DNA of 64,000 bases, taken from the NCBI GenBank assembly GCA_040218735.1, contig JAVJQW010000050.1, forward strand, positions 128,001 through 192,000. Direction: 5' to 3'. The position numbers and the translations under genes are program-made. The stretch comes from Deltaproteobacteria bacterium. Its GTDB lineage: Bacteria; Myxococcota; Kuafuiibacteriia; Kuafuiibacteriales; Kuafuiibacteriaceae. The notes under the pieces are model-generated. The model worked only from the letters and a program-made list of their open reading frames with translations. It was not told where the DNA came from and did no database searches. Below are positions 9,955-19,193 of this stretch, in pieces. The first letter of the stretch is position 1. Every line of letters begins with the position of its first letter.

Positions 9955-10708
9955 GCGCGCGGCGGCGCTCGGGGTAGTCGTCGAACTTGTCCCGGTACCA
10001 CTTGTGGTGCGCGATCGCGCGCGGCGCGAGGTTGGCGATCGTGTAGACGGCAAACGCCAACCCGGAGATCGACCACGTCGCGATCGCCCACCCGATCCAC
10101 TCCACGATCTCACACAGGTAGTTCGGCGCGCTGACCCACTCGAACAGGCCCCCCCGCGGGACGTGGTAGGCGGTGTCCCCCGGCTTGCGCAGGTTCCTCA
10201 GCACCGCGTCGCTGTGGAGGTTGCCGAACCACCCGAGGAGGAACAGCGCCGCGCCGCCGACGAACCGTGGGTCGACGAGCCACGCGGCGTCGTACGCGCC
10301 GAAGTGCCCGACCCACCGGCCGTTCACGTACGCGTTCAATACATTGAAGAGAACCGCCAGCCCCACCACCAACACCGGCATGCGGCGCCCCTTCGAACGC
10401 AGCCGGAACGGGTACACGTACGTCCGGTTCACGTAGTGCAGCAGCCACAGCGCGGCGAGCACCCGCGGGACGGTTTCACCCGCGTGCTGCCCGGTGAAGC
10501 AGAAGAAGGAGAACAGCAGCACGGCCGGGGACTCCATCACCACCCAGCCGACCACCGCGGGGAGCGTCGGCCCCCACCCGTCCCGTACGTGGCGTCCGTA
10601 CGGCGCGACGACGAACAACAACGCGAGGACCGTGACGACCGCGAGGCCGATCTCCAGGCCGACCGCGTATTGATGCAGCTGCGGATCGTTCACGCGCTCG
10701 CCCTCCAC
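9935..10708 (-). CDS. 3-oxo-5-alpha-steroid 4-dehydrogenase (steroid 5-alpha-reductase) family
   Basis: APYGRH, WVVMESP, HYVNR, NLHSDAVLRNLR, PNYLCEIVEW, NLAPRA and HHKWY motifs. Confidence 0.92.
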   Translation of the reverse strand: MEGERVNDPQLHQYAVGLEIGLAVVTVLALLFVVAPYGRHVRDGWGPTLPAVVGWVVMESPAVLLFSFFCFTGQHAGETVPRVLAALWLLHYVNRTYVYPFRLRSKGRRMPVLVVGLAVLFNVLNAYVNGRWVGHFGAYDAAWLVDPRFVGGAALFLLGWFGNLHSDAVLRNLRKPGDTAYHVPRGGLFEWVSAPNYLCEIVEWIGWAIATWSISGLAFAVYTIANLAPRAIAHHKWYRDKFDDYPERRRALIPGVW

Positions 10709-11676
10709 ATCCCGACGTCCGCGAACCAGCGGTACGCATCTTCGACCGACTCCGCGAGCGCACGGGGTTCGTACCCCAGCTCGCGCGCAGCTTTGTCGTG
10801 GCGGATCCGTCGCGCCAACCCGAGCGCGTCGATCGCCTCCGACGAGAACCGAAGCTCACGCTTCGCGACCCGCCCCACCACGTCGGCGAAGGGGGCCGCC
10901 GATCGCGCGACCCACATCGGCACCGTCATCCGCGGAGCACGAACCCCGGTCGCCGCCTCCGCGAGCGACGCGAGCTCACGCGCCGAGTGCCAGTGCCCCG
11001 AGAGGATGTAGCTGTCGCCGTCACGCCCGCGCTGCTCCGCCGCGATGGCGCCCGCGCAGACGTCGCGGACGTCGACCCAGTCGAACCCGCCTTCGACGAG
11101 CGCGGGGAGGCGCCGGCGCGCGAGGTCGAGGAGGACTTTGCCGGTGCGCGAGGGGCGGTGGTCGCCGGGGCCGATGACGGCGGTGGGGTGGACGACGACG
11201 CCGGACAACCCGCGCGCGAAGACGCCGCGGACGCGCCGCTCGCCCTCCCTTTTGGTCCGGCTGTACGCAGAGCCGCCCTCGAGTCGGCGTGTGGTCTCGT
11301 CGACGGCTTCGTCACCTTCGAGGTCGAAGACGTGAATCGTGCTGCAGTGGACGAAGCGCTCCACCCCCGCGTCGAGCGCCGCCTCGGCGAGCGCCTCGGC
11401 GCCGCGCACGTTGGTGGCTTCGACCGTGCCGTCCGGATCGCCGGCGAGGGAGATGACCGACGCGAAGTGGAACACCGACGTGGCCCCCTCGACGGCGCGT
11501 CGCACGGCGTCGGGGTCTCGCAGATCGGCGCGCACCGTTTCGACCCCCTCGACGTCGAGCGGCGTCGCGTTCACCACCGCGCGAACCGTACGCCCCTCGG
11601 CGACGAGTGTCTCGGCGAGCACGCGCCCGATGAACCCGCTCGCACCCGTGACGACCGTGACCACGACGGCGCGCAT
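10690..11676 (-). CDS. NAD-dependent epimerase/dehydratase (extended SDR, HpnA/3beta-HSD-like)
   Basis: VTGASGFIG, YSRTK and DWVDVRDV. Confidence 0.9.
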   Translation of the reverse strand: MRAVVVTVVTGASGFIGRVLAETLVAEGRTVRAVVNATPLDVEGVETVRADLRDPDAVRRAVEGATSVFHFASVISLAGDPDGTVEATNVRGAEALAEAALDAGVERFVHCSTIHVFDLEGDEAVDETTRRLEGGSAYSRTKREGERRVRGVFARGLSGVVVHPTAVIGPGDHRPSRTGKVLLDLARRRLPALVEGGFDWVDVRDVCAGAIAAEQRGRDGDSYILSGHWHSARELASLAEAATGVRAPRMTVPMWVARSAAPFADVVGRVAKRELRFSSEAIDALGLARRIRHDKAARELGYEPRALAESVEDAYRWFADVGMWRASA

Positions 11677-11734
11677 CGTACGGCCCCTCGTGTGCTTTGA
11701 GAACGCACGAAGCTGTGCGAGCGTCGTCATTGCG

Positions 11735-12166
11735 ATGAGCGCCGCGAACCCCTACCAGACGCCGGACGCGGCCGGCGAGCTCCAGGGTCAGAAGTCAGAG
11801 GACCTCGCCCGCCTCGCGCGTGTGCACCGTCGCGTGAACCTCATCGTGCTCGCGAACATCTTCGCGGTCTTCTCGCTCTTCGGCGTCGGTGCGCTGGTCT
11901 ACTCGAACCCGGGTCTCGCGAACGTCCTGAGCACCCTCGTCACGGTGTTCCTGGTAGTCAGCTGGATCGCGCTCGCGGTCTCGCTCTTTCAGCTAGCGCG
12001 CGCGCTCGGGTGGTCGATGTTCCTGTGTGTGCTCGCGGTGCTGAGCATGTTCATCGGGCTGGTGAACCTGATCGTGATCGTTGCGGCGATCTCCAGCGCC
12101 AACACCAAGCTGAAGAAGGCCGGCTACCGCGTCGGCCTCCTCGGCGTGTCGCCGCGCGACCTGTAG
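11735..12166 (+). CDS. hypothetical membrane protein
   Basis: NPYQTP N-terminal motif, 3-4 TM segments and GYRVGLLGV C-terminus. Confidence 0.7.
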   Translation: MSAANPYQTPDAAGELQGQKSEDLARLARVHRRVNLIVLANIFAVFSLFGVGALVYSNPGLANVLSTLVTVFLVVSWIALAVSLFQLARALGWSMFLCVLAVLSMFIGLVNLIVIVAAISSANTKLKKAGYRVGLLGVSPRDL

Positions 12167-12170
12167 AACG

Positions 12171-13487
12171 TCAGGCGACCTGCGCGGCGGGCCGCGCGAC
12201 GCCCACCATCCGATCCCAGTACGGCGCGAGATCCAGCCGCACTTCCATTCGCTTCAGGAGGTTGAACAGCCCACCGAGCTTGCGGTGCAGGAACAGGAGC
12301 TGGCGCGGCGGTGGTGAGTACTCCAGCGCGCGCGTGAACCGCGCGCTGATCTCCTGGGCGCGCGCCAGGTAGTCGGCGTCCGCGAACTGGAACGGCTGCA
12401 CGCCGGACGCAAACGGCTCGACCGCGCTCTCGAGCATCTCGACGAAGGCCAGCATCGTAGCCGCCTTCTCGCGCTCGTCGAGCAAACCGAACGCGAGCGC
12501 TTCGTCGACGGTCTGCTGCGGGTCGCGGCTCGCGAGCGACTTCAGCAGCGCGACGTAGCGCTCCCGGAAGGTCGCGTCGTACTCGAGCGCCGCGCCGAAA
12601 TCGAGGAGCACGATCTTGCCGTCTTCGCGGACGAGGAAGTTGGCGGGGTTCGGGTCGGTCTGGACGAAGCCGTGCTCGAAGAACTCCACGCAGTACAGAT
12701 CGAGCATCGCGCGCGCGAAGTCGACGCGGCGCTCGAAGCTCGGGGAGCGCTTCATCCACTCACGAACCGGCGCCCCCTGCTCGAAGCTCATCGTCAGCAC
12801 CCGATCGGTGCTGAGCTCGGGGTACGCGCGCGGGACGACGAACCGATCGTCGTCGGCGACCATCGCGGCGTAGCGCTCGAGGTTATTGCGCTCGATGACG
12901 TAGTCCGCTTCGCGGTGAAGGATGCGCGACAGCTCGTCGAAGAGCGTCGTCAGATCGATCTTCTTGCGCGTGACCGCCAGCCAGCTGTTCGCGAGCTTGG
13001 CGAGCATCGCGAGGTCGGCGTCGATCGACTCGGCGACGCCCGGGTACTGCACCTTCACCACGACCGGCGCCCCGTTCACGCGCGCGCGGTGCACCTGCCC
13101 GATGCTCGCCGCCGCGAAGGAGGTCTCCTCGAAGTGCTCGAAGCGGTCCCGCCAGTCCGCGCCGAACGCGTCGACGAGCACCGACTCCACCACCGCGAAC
13201 TCCACAGGCTCGGCGTCGTCCTGGAGCGTCCCGAGGATCTCGACCGCCTCCGGCGGGAGGAAGTCCCCGGCGTCGATCGACAGGAGCTGCCCGGCCTTCA
13301 TGACCGCGCCCTTCAGGTGCCGAAGCTGCTCGGTGACGGCGCGGGCCTGCTCGATCCGGCGCGCCACGCGCTCGACGCCGGACAAACGCCCGGCCACCTC
13401 CTTCCCCGCCACACGCGCGGCGGTCTCGAGGAGCTTGGAGGAGCGCGAAAGGACACTCGTAGCGAAGCGTTTCTTGGGCTCGGACAT
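12171..13487 (-). CDS. ABC1/UbiB (COQ8-like) atypical kinase
   Basis: KGAVMKAGQ, FAAASIGQVH, VKVQYPGV, QTDPNPAN and LLDFG. Confidence 0.93.
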   Translation of the reverse strand: MSEPKKRFATSVLSRSSKLLETAARVAGKEVAGRLSGVERVARRIEQARAVTEQLRHLKGAVMKAGQLLSIDAGDFLPPEAVEILGTLQDDAEPVEFAVVESVLVDAFGADWRDRFEHFEETSFAAASIGQVHRARVNGAPVVVKVQYPGVAESIDADLAMLAKLANSWLAVTRKKIDLTTLFDELSRILHREADYVIERNNLERYAAMVADDDRFVVPRAYPELSTDRVLTMSFEQGAPVREWMKRSPSFERRVDFARAMLDLYCVEFFEHGFVQTDPNPANFLVREDGKIVLLDFGAALEYDATFRERYVALLKSLASRDPQQTVDEALAFGLLDEREKAATMLAFVEMLESAVEPFASGVQPFQFADADYLARAQEISARFTRALEYSPPPRQLLFLHRKLGGLFNLLKRMEVRLDLAPYWDRMVGVARPAAQVA

Positions 13488-13591
13488 CGGGCGCAGTCGA
13501 AACCAAACACGCCGCGCCTCTATTTCGCTGAGGGACATTGGCGCACGGCGACACGCTCCCACCGGACATCGGGCGGACGGACGTCGCGGGG

Positions 13592-14113
13592 ATGACCTCC
13601 CACGATGGAGGCGTGGCGTCTCCAGGAGGACACGATGCCAACACCGCGTGGAGGTTCGCCTGTCGGCACCTCACGCGCGCCGAGTTGGGCGGTTCGTTTT
13701 CGTGGCAGCCCGGTGGGCTCGCGGCGATAGAACGTCGGCTGCTCCGGCGGGTCCGAGGGCCCGACGCCGTCGCGGAGGTCGCGGAGCTGCTGAAGCTCGC
13801 GTCCGCGCTGCGGCGACGGCTCGGCTCCGTCGAAGCTGCGGATGCGCTCTCGGGGCTGCTGAAGCGAACGCCCGAAGCGGTCGCCATCGTCCGGGCGCAC
13901 TGGGGCACCGGTGCGCAACGTCGGGCCATCGCGCGGTTTCGTTCGCGGACCGGACAGGACGACCGTCGACGCGCGCCGTCGGTCGGACAGCGTCCCGCGC
14001 CCGGAGCCGTTCCGTTGGCCGCTCTCCTGGATCCCACCGAACGCGACCGTCGTCGCGCGAGGACACGGCGAAACACAGGAGTGAACGATGGCGGACGGCG
14101 TAAGCGAATCTAG
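13592..14113 (+). CDS. hypothetical basic protein upstream of the toxin-like gene
   Basis: ORF 13538-14113 with a likely ATG at 13592, overlapping the next gene's start. No family recognised. Confidence 0.45.
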   Translation: MTSHDGGVASPGGHDANTAWRFACRHLTRAELGGSFSWQPGGLAAIERRLLRRVRGPDAVAEVAELLKLASALRRRLGSVEAADALSGLLKRTPEAVAIVRAHWGTGAQRRAIARFRSRTGQDDRRRAPSVGQRPAPGAVPLAALLDPTERDRRRARTRRNTGVNDGGRRKRI

Positions 14114-15527
14114 GGACACCAGCGGACCAAGCGGACCGAGCGGCGTCGATGCGGCGGGCGCAGCGGCCGACGTCGGCGGGCTGAGCGAGTCCGACACGCG
14201 GGAGATCGAGGCGGCGGTCGCCGCCGAAGGGCCGGGGCTCGAAGCGGGGCTCGTCGACGCCGGCGACGGGTACGAGGCCGACCTCGCCGAGCGCCCCGAT
14301 GTCGTGGCGGCCAACGCCGCGCCCGCCGCGACGGACATGGACGTGGACGTCGACGTCGACACGGACGTCGCCGTGACGGAGCCGCTCCCGGAGAACCGCG
14401 CGAAGGTCGAAGAGTTCCGCGACCGCTTCGAGGCGATCGACATCTTCGAGGGCTCGTTGTCCGCGCAGTCCGCCGCGGTCGACGCGGGCGATCCGCGCAG
14501 CGCGAGCGAACGTCGCGCGGACGTCTTGGACGAGCTCACCGACTGGGTGCACGGGATCGAGGATCCCGAGGAGCGCGACAACACCCTTCGGGCGATCGCG
14601 ATCGACGCCGGGCGCCAGGCGGGCAAGCTCGCCGAGGCGGATCCGTACCAGGCCTACGAAAAGCTCGACGCGCTCGGCGCGGGGATGCCGAAGGAGACCG
14701 GGGGGCTGCTCGCGTACGGCGCGCTGGAGACCTCGGACGGCGTCGACAAACTCCCGGCGCTCGCCCGCTCCGGCACCCCGGTCGGCGACGCATTGGTCGC
14801 GGAGGCGGACCGCCGCGCCGACGCTGCCCACGAAGCGATGCGCGCGGTGGTGCCGGGCTACGACGGGGTTGCGACGCTACTGGAGGGGGACGTCCTCGGC
14901 GCCGGGACGAGCCTGGCGATCGACGCCGCCGGCGGAGCGATCCTGAAGTCGGGGAAGCTCGCGGCCGCGGCGGTCGGCGCGGGCATCGTGGTCACGCCCG
15001 GCACCGCCGAGGCCGGCCCGTTCAGCAAGGTCGTCGACCTCGCGACGAACAAAAAGCTCCACATCGACGCCCACGAGCTCGTCTCGGAGCAAGCCCACAC
15101 GAGGTACCCGGTCGTCACGGCGCGGATCGTCGAGGACGGCCAGGAGGTCCGGTCGCTCACGCTCATGGACCCGCGCGCGAAACACAACATCGTCGACCCC
15201 AACCTGGATCCGAACCTCGACACGTTGTCGAAACAGATGAGCCGAAACAGACGCGTCGAGCCTCAGTTCAAGTCGGCGCGCGCCAACGGCCAGTTCACCG
15301 GCCGCTGGAACACCCCCGAGGGTCAGGCCGAGCTCGCGGAGATCATCATGAAGCGCCTGTCGGATGCAGAGCTGGATGCGATCGTCCCGGGCAAGGGCTC
15401 GAAGACGCTCAAGCTCCCCTTTCCGGTCGGGCTCACGCCGCAGGGGACCAACGTGCGGGTCGCGACGTCGATCGAGATCAAACGCAACGCCAACGAACCT
15501 GGCTTCCACCTCGTCCCGAGACCCTAG
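14088..15527 (+). CDS. putative polymorphic-toxin-like protein with Ntox50-like C-terminus
   Basis: AGGAG RBS, acidic disordered N-terminus, Gly/Ala hydrophobic pre-toxin-like segment (VVPGYDG...AIDAAGGAILKSGK) and C-terminus ...VGLTP...TSIEIKRN...GFHLVP. Confidence 0.55.
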   Translation: MADGVSESRDTSGPSGPSGVDAAGAAADVGGLSESDTREIEAAVAAEGPGLEAGLVDAGDGYEADLAERPDVVAANAAPAATDMDVDVDVDTDVAVTEPLPENRAKVEEFRDRFEAIDIFEGSLSAQSAAVDAGDPRSASERRADVLDELTDWVHGIEDPEERDNTLRAIAIDAGRQAGKLAEADPYQAYEKLDALGAGMPKETGGLLAYGALETSDGVDKLPALARSGTPVGDALVAEADRRADAAHEAMRAVVPGYDGVATLLEGDVLGAGTSLAIDAAGGAILKSGKLAAAAVGAGIVVTPGTAEAGPFSKVVDLATNKKLHIDAHELVSEQAHTRYPVVTARIVEDGQEVRSLTLMDPRAKHNIVDPNLDPNLDTLSKQMSRNRRVEPQFKSARANGQFTGRWNTPEGQAELAEIIMKRLSDAELDAIVPGKGSKTLKLPFPVGLTPQGTNVRVATSIEIKRNANEPGFHLVPRP

Positions 15528-15528
15528 G

Positions 15529-17706
15529 CTAGGCGGCGTCGGCCTCGAGCTGGGCGCGGCCCATCGGCTGGATGGTGAGGTCCATCGGGAGCTCGTCGAA
15601 GCTGAGCACCGAGACCTGCGGGAGGTCCGACTCGACCAGCTTGCGCACGAAGCGACGAATCTCGGCGTTCGTCAGGATGATGGGGCGCTTGCCCTGCGCG
15701 ACCATGGGCTGCAGCGCAGCGGCGATGCACATCGTGAACTGCCGGCAGAGCTGCGGGTCGAGCATGAGCACCTGGCCGTTCGAGTTCGTGACGATGGCTT
15801 CGGCGATCGTCTCTTCGATGACCGGGTCGAGGAGCAGCGCGGGGAGCTTGGTGTCCGTGCCGCAGTGTTTGTACGCGAGCTGCTCGCCGAGCGCCGCGCG
15901 CACCTTCTCCGTGAGGAACAGCGGGTCGCCGTCACGCACGCCGAACTCGCCGAGGGCTTCGACGATCGTCTTCAGGTTGCGGATGCACACACCCTCGTCC
16001 ACCAGGCGGCGGAGCACGCCGACGAGCTGCTGCACCGTCGCGACCTTCGGGATGGTCTCCTTCACGAGCGCCGGGTAGGCCTTCTCGAGGCGCTCGACCA
16101 ACTCGCTGACCTCCTGCACGCCGATGAACTCCTTCGCCTTCTTGCGGAGCACCGAAGCGGCGTAGAGGGAGACGGCGCCGGATGCGTCCCACGTCGTGAT
16201 GCCGGCGGCCTCGACGACCTCGCGGTCCTCTTCCTTGATCTGCGCGATCTTCACCTTGCTGACCGGGTGCTGGATGGCCTTCGCCTCGACGCCGAGGCGC
16301 GCGAGGTTCTCGGGGCTCGTCGTCGCGAGGAGCGTGTTCGGCTCGATGGGCTGGCTGAGCGTGGGGACATCGTTGATGCGGACGATCATCTGCTGCGGCG
16401 GCATCGTCTTGATGTGCGGACGAACGCGGACGCCGGGGAAGCGCACGCCGGTCTCGAGGTACAGCGCGTCGCGCAGCTGCGGGATGTACTGCGTCACGAG
16501 CAGCGCGTCGTCGTCCTCGTCCGGGTTCTCGAAGCCGAGCGCCTTCGACAGGCTCGCGCCGAGGTCGATCGTGATCGGGACGACCGAGGGGGTGAGGCGG
16601 TCCGAGAGCGTCTTCTGGTCCTTCGCGGCCTTGACCTTCTTGTCGAGGCGCTCCTTGAACGCGGCCTGCTTCGCGAGCGTCGCGGCGCCGGGGCCCGCCT
16701 TCGCGAGGGCCTTCTTCACGAACATCGGGAGGAAGGCACGCGAGGCGCCGATGGTGAGCGCGCTGATGGCGCAGATGAAGAACGGGATGCCCGGGAGGCC
16801 GGGGACGAGGCCGAGGATGAGCATCAGCACGCCGCCGATGTTCAGGACGGACGCGTTCTCGAAGAGCTCGTCCTTCAGCGAGAAGCCGAGGTTCTTGTCC
16901 TTGTCCTTCGCCTCGACGCGCGTGACCAGGATGCCCGCGGCGAGCGTGATGAGGAGCGCCGGGATCTGGGAGACGAGGCCGTCACCGATGGTGAGGATGC
17001 AGTAGACCTCGATGGCCTCGGAGGCGGCCATGTCGTTGCGGATGACGCCGATGGCGATACCGGCGACGAGGTTGAGCGCGGTGATGATCAGGCCGGCGAT
17101 GGAGTCGCCCTTCACGAACTTCATCGCGCCGTCCATGTTGCCGAACATCTGCGACGTGCGGCCGAGCTCGTCGCGCTTCTCCTGCGCTTCCTGCTCGGTG
17201 TACGCGCCGGAGCGGAGCGACGCGTCGATGGACATCTGCTTGCCGGGCATCGCGTCGAGGGTGAAGCGCGCGCCGACCTCGGCGACGCGCTCGGCGCCCT
17301 TACCGACGACCATGAACTGCACGATCGTGATGACGAGGAAGATGACGATGCCGACGATGATGTCGCCCTGGAGCACGAAGCCGCCGAACGACTTCACGAC
17401 CTGACCGGCGTCGGCCTGCGAGAGGATGCCGCGGGTCGTCGACACGTTGAGGCCGAGGCGGAACAGCGTGGTGACGAGCAGGAGGGTCGGGAACGTCGAC
17501 ACCTCGAGCGCGTTCTTCGCGAAGATCGCGACGAGGAGGATCATCAGCGCCGCGGCGATGTTCACGGCGATGAGCGAGTCGAGGATGAACGTCGGGAGCG
17601 GGATGACGATCATCGAGACGATGCAGGCGACGCAGACGGCGAGGACGACGTCGGGGCGGCGACCGATGGACGAGAGGGGGAGCGCGGCGAGCGGGTTCGA
17701 CTTCAT
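15529..17706 (-). CDS. sctV: type III secretion export gate SctV (LcrD/InvA family)
   Basis: FPTLLLVTTLFRLGLNVSTTR, KGAERVAEVGARFTLDAMPGKQMSIDA, FGNMDGAMKFVKGD and TIGDGLVSQIP. LYLETGVRFPG and EFIGVQEV favour injectisome SctV over FlhA. Confidence 0.93.
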   Translation of the reverse strand: MKSNPLAALPLSSIGRRPDVVLAVCVACIVSMIVIPLPTFILDSLIAVNIAAALMILLVAIFAKNALEVSTFPTLLLVTTLFRLGLNVSTTRGILSQADAGQVVKSFGGFVLQGDIIVGIVIFLVITIVQFMVVGKGAERVAEVGARFTLDAMPGKQMSIDASLRSGAYTEQEAQEKRDELGRTSQMFGNMDGAMKFVKGDSIAGLIITALNLVAGIAIGVIRNDMAASEAIEVYCILTIGDGLVSQIPALLITLAAGILVTRVEAKDKDKNLGFSLKDELFENASVLNIGGVLMLILGLVPGLPGIPFFICAISALTIGASRAFLPMFVKKALAKAGPGAATLAKQAAFKERLDKKVKAAKDQKTLSDRLTPSVVPITIDLGASLSKALGFENPDEDDDALLVTQYIPQLRDALYLETGVRFPGVRVRPHIKTMPPQQMIVRINDVPTLSQPIEPNTLLATTSPENLARLGVEAKAIQHPVSKVKIAQIKEEDREVVEAAGITTWDASGAVSLYAASVLRKKAKEFIGVQEVSELVERLEKAYPALVKETIPKVATVQQLVGVLRRLVDEGVCIRNLKTIVEALGEFGVRDGDPLFLTEKVRAALGEQLAYKHCGTDTKLPALLLDPVIEETIAEAIVTNSNGQVLMLDPQLCRQFTMCIAAALQPMVAQGKRPIILTNAEIRRFVRKLVESDLPQVSVLSFDELPMDLTIQPMGRAQLEADAA

Positions 17707-17723
17707 GGCTCTCTGTGGACCTT

Positions 17724-18449
17724 TCAGGAGCGGGTGGTACGGGCGGCCATCGCGGGACGACGCTTCGTCGTCTTGCGGATGTGGTTGAAGATCGCGGTGG
17801 CCTTGCGCTCGAGCGCTTCGTCACCGGCGGCGCGGGCCTTGGCGGCGCCACGCTGGAGCAGCTGCAGGGCGCGGTCGTGACGGCCGGCTTCGATCTCGAG
17901 CTCGGCGCGGTTCACGTCCGGGCGCGCGTCCGACGGGTCGAGCTTCGACGCCTGCTGGTACCAACGGTACGCCTCCTGCGGCTCGCCGAGGCGGTCGTGC
18001 GTCAGGCCGAGCGCGAGGGCGAAGTACGCCTCGTTCGGCTCGATGGCGACGAGCCCCTCGAAGAGCGAGAGCGCGAGGTCGAGGCCGCCGTTGAAGAGGT
18101 AGTTGTGGCCGATCTCGGCGATCGCGTAGAGGTCTTCGCGACGGTAGCCGCGCTGCTCGGCGAGGGTCGCGTTCGGGCGAACCGCGACGGCGCCGCCGAC
18201 GTGCGTCATCGCCTTGGCGTTCTTGAGCGTGTTGAAGAACGCCGTCTTGTGGGGCTGGTAGTCCGAGATGACCTCGGGCGCGACGGCGACGTAGGCCTTG
18301 GAGACCTGCTCGGCGGTCGAGCGCGCGCGGCGAACGCGGGACGGGGTGGCCGGGCGGCCGCCGGGGATCACGGCGAGCGCGCGGGGCTCGCTCTTCGGCG
18401 AAGGCTGGCTGGGCGTCGGGCGGGAGCGGGGACGGCGTTGGCGAGTCAC
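17724..18449 (-). CDS. TPR chaperone of T3SS (SctY/SycD-like)
   Basis: EDLYAIAEIGHNYL...FEGLVAIEPNEAYFALALG TPRs, directly upstream of sctV. Confidence 0.75.
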   Translation of the reverse strand: MTRQRRPRSRPTPSQPSPKSEPRALAVIPGGRPATPSRVRRARSTAEQVSKAYVAVAPEVISDYQPHKTAFFNTLKNAKAMTHVGGAVAVRPNATLAEQRGYRREDLYAIAEIGHNYLFNGGLDLALSLFEGLVAIEPNEAYFALALGLTHDRLGEPQEAYRWYQQASKLDPSDARPDVNRAELEIEAGRHDRALQLLQRGAAKARAAGDEALERKATAIFNHIRKTTKRRPAMAARTTRS

Positions 18450-18480
18450 GATTCTGGACCTCTCGTTCTTCGACCGGGGT

Positions 18481-18909
18481 TTAGTAGTTGGAGACCATCA
18501 TGGCGCGGCCGCGGATGTTGCCGACGACCTGGTCGAGCGCGGACAGCACCATGTGCATCCGCTTCTCCTTGGCGATGGCGTCGCGCGTCGCGACGGCCGG
18601 GCCGAGGTTCGTGGAGACGACGCGGCCGACCGCGGCGCGCATCGACGGGCCGTCGTGGTCGGTGACCTTCGCGAGGCGGAGGTGGTCGCCGGAGGTCAGC
18701 GAGCCCTGGAACTTCTCGACCGACTGCTCGAGGAAACCCGCGGCCTCGGCGGGCGCCACGGTGTCGACGTCGAGGCGGAGCGCTTCGATCTCGGCGATGT
18801 CGAGGGAGGCGTCGGCGTAGCCGCGGACCTCGGTCTGCTCGACGTCGAGGGAGACGTTCCGGATGAAGTTGGCGTCGAAGCCGTTGTTCAGGGTGGCGAC
18901 CGCAGACAT
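18481..18909 (-). CDS. hypothetical protein in the SctX position
   Basis: ATG at 18909, 142 aa, first gene of the x-TPR-sctV operon, C-terminal amphipathic helix. Confidence 0.55.
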   Translation of the reverse strand: MSAVATLNNGFDANFIRNVSLDVEQTEVRGYADASLDIAEIEALRLDVDTVAPAEAAGFLEQSVEKFQGSLTSGDHLRLAKVTDHDGPSMRAAVGRVVSTNLGPAVATRDAIAKEKRMHMVLSALDQVVGNIRGRAMMVSNY

Positions 18910-18921
18910 GCCCGAGGTTAG

Positions 18922-18937
18922 AGCAAGGGGTGTGCCG
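18922..18937 (-). promoter_or_regulatory. sigma54 (-24/-12) promoter
   Basis: Minus strand CGGCAC-ACCCC-TTGCT, 12 nt upstream of the ATG at 18909. Confidence 0.7.
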
Positions 18938-18998
18938 GGCTCGAAACGCAGGATTGTGGCGGTCGGAGCGGGCGGAGGAGGTGGAACAGTCGCGCGGG

Positions 18999-19037
18999 GT
19001 GCAACAACGGCAAGCGCCGCGATTGCGGAAACTGCAA
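18999..19037. promoter_or_regulatory. tandem putative enhancer sites TTGC-N7-GCAA
   Basis: GTGC-AACAACG-GCAA (18999-19013) and TTGC-GGAAACT-GCAA (19023-19037). Confidence 0.5.
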
Positions 19038-19099
19038 CCAGGCCGTTATCGGCCAGCAAGCTGGCCTGCGGCCCTTCGCTCACCTTCGGTTCGCTGCGT

Positions 19100-19121
19100 G
19101 GGCCCCCGAGGGGGGCCCTTT
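19100..19121. terminator. GC-rich hairpin downstream of the translocator-like operon
   Basis: GGGCCCCC-GAG-GGGGGCCC followed by TTT. The short T-run is on the + strand, so direction is uncertain. Confidence 0.35.
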
Positions 19122-19193
19122 GCTGGGGAGGCACCGCCCAAGGAGTGGGCGGGCGGGGGGAGAAGGGGCGCGAAGGCCCCCGGGGGGGGGCGG

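Noticed and set aside
15529-17706. Flagellar flhA
   Set aside because: No flhB, flhF or other flagellar neighbours. The C-terminal motifs (LYLETGV, EFIGVQE) and the adjacent TPR chaperone fit SctV better; a phylogeny is still needed.
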